Translations under genes and position numbers: made by a program
Assembly (NCBI GenBank): GCA_019057635.1
Contig: DXJL01000057.1
Coordinates: 1-26,810 of the forward strand
Origin: Candidatus Heimdallarchaeota archaeon
Lineage (GTDB): Archaea > Asgardarchaeota > Heimdallarchaeia > Hodarchaeales > Hodarchaeaceae
Length of the DNA: 26,810 nucleotides
Direction of reading: 5' to 3'
Part shown: positions 26,401-26,810 of the stretch, piece after piece
How the letters are laid out: each line of letters starts with the position of its first letter
Numbering within the stretch: the stretch's first letter is position 1
The notes under the pieces: generated by a model
Databases searched by the model: none
Seen by the model: only the letters and a program-made list of their open reading frames with translations
Told to the model about the DNA's origin: nothing

Positions 26401-26810
26401 AACTTGGCTGATACCAGAAGGAATTCTTAATGGGTATTACTCATACGAAGTCCAAGTATGGTGGAAGAATGACCAAAAGCAAGTTTTGCTACTAGAATCT
26501 GTACGTGACCTATTTTATGTTCCTGACGAAGAACCAGTAATTCTAGGGTCTCAGAGCTTTATTGGGGACCTTACTGTTGATGATCATCTGCAAATCTTAA
26601 CATTCCATGATGTCCCTAAATGGAAACCTGCAGAAGAGATAGAGATTTCGCTTAGCTTATACGATGAAAACTCAGCAAAATTTGAAGTTTATTACCAGCT
26701 TGTCCATTATTACCTCTTTGCCGCTGATCGCATTGTATTTGACAGTTTTACTCTTAATCCATCCTCTTCAGATAGTATCGTGCATACAGGTACATTTACT
26801 GCACCTGATC
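23492..26810 (+). CDS. Secreted/membrane S8 subtilase with site-1 protease (MBTPS1)-like domain architecture; 3' partial
   Basis: Absent from the ORF track because there is no stop in the window. Hand-translated: TTG start after GAGG, signal peptide (MNLVKHKTFYLVSKIVLILLIILPIPKIALG) and prodomain. Catalytic triad ILDSG (D at 23987), HGHGTHVAGI (H at 24101) and SGTSMAAP (S at 24647), with oxyanion AAGN. Open for about 1106 codons to the window end. Confidence 0.93.
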   Translation, partial: MNLVKHKTFYLVSKIVLILLIILPIPKIALGGETLQKSNDNSVIMSSNIESTSVYLFSYHPEEKELLKEHFEQNSDSSLKFFENLLIGMVSLSRNDLSILKNDFGQIFSRIQSSKLMTVLPSLEELTPKYTEGIQQDYELPSDIINASPLTISGYDGSGVKIAILDSGLDTSHSDFVNVGYQESFVTSDYGYSSEEDIYDLHGHGTHVAGIAAGGGRFPGVATGSELVNLKVADMFGSASSSAVIAALDKAVELNVDIVSISLGFGLTAPWESEDILALAVNSVVGHGITVVTAAGNEADDSIPFMTINTPASAKKALTIGATNGSQNVVSFSSQGPTYDFRPDPDIVAPGYQIIGPLASGGVIDLAYNALVDVSLSDYIVLSGTSMAAPVVSGAVALLLDQFPDASPYAIRAALQESALDLGGNESIYTQGSGLVNVGMAADMLINSKISSGYELISTVPKANGNEIEFFQPVSFPGDHVEITLPFVTGTGGTITWEVSNDLIPFIDFDLSPKIISSATYFEKVLAIDIPFNAPPDSYQGFVRYSFEGQTFDLPIAFEVQLPDEKIYWDTYHTGKDDSYLYNYHYLNQLLQSSRYDIIDHDSPILSTNLSQNGILVLTDLEDPLTYREIEFINDFHNNNGSILLVTSFLPYYNLDPYEKLISALNLPLNLSDRTELVGYIDDGQDRSPVPYFRSKDDLDISSDNPFLVGVDNLPKLGGTAFYGNKTDQSLAHYAQVDNQLVLAGLEPDGKGKVLLLGSEEWIYPSYLRSTSGQIFLSNVLDWLSPNHTTFNVQVDPDSLAMEVAIYPSLVQNFSLTIEVENGSQINDINVPYDGTLTFSYLNFSLEGVEGTHVRIGLVGDIPGTLNVNLTVLLPTTQVPVIEEIDVMSLSFSDLPIPSWWDESEILLNKGLEVTVTHTSSLNISAQLIVSSQYEDSLGVILPPLDSLFFSSSYTNETDLTNNTLTTKSTTWLIPEGILNGYYSYEVQVWWKNDQKQVLLLESVRDLFYVPDEEPVILGSQSFIGDLTVDDHLQILTFHDVPKWKPAEEIEISLSLYDENSAKFEVYYQLVHYYLFAADRIVFDSFTLNPSSSDSIVHTGTFTAPD

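Noticed and set aside
1-26810. CRISPR arrays, tRNA/rRNA, IS elements, prophage or integrase genes
   Set aside because: I saw no regularly spaced direct repeats, cloverleafs, GC-rich structural RNA, or transposase or integrase motifs.

Overview
AT-rich, densely coding archaeal chromosomal segment. It shows BRE/TATA-type promoters, GGTGA/GGAG Shine-Dalgarno sites and oligo-T terminators, and the gene content is most consistent with an Asgard archaeon, possibly Heimdallarchaeia; that assignment is my inference. About 20 genes are present. The housekeeping set is purB (5'-truncated), udp, a penicillin-acylase-family Ntn hydrolase, glnA, an MtaD-type deaminase, class III and class V aminotransferases, a galactokinase-like GHMP kinase, larE, a Pof1/NadD-like nucleotidyltransferase paired with CinA, and a RIO1 kinase. 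Several unusual proteins are interspersed. The best candidate is a >1100-aa subtilase absent from the ORF track (23492 to the window end), whose domain order and motifs follow eukaryotic site-1 protease (MBTPS1/SKI-1). The others are a Vps62/NPP1-like domain split by transmembrane hairpins, a longin/uDENN-like gene divergent from a scramblase/LURP-one gene, an AAA+/PD-(D/E)XK-like/winged-helix protein facing a tandem winged-helix gene, a catalytically degenerate Mrr-like protein, and a palindrome-rich 600-bp region with SD-led small ORFs upstream of rio1. I saw no rRNA, tRNA, CRISPR array or transposase. All family calls come from motif recognition by eye, not database searches.
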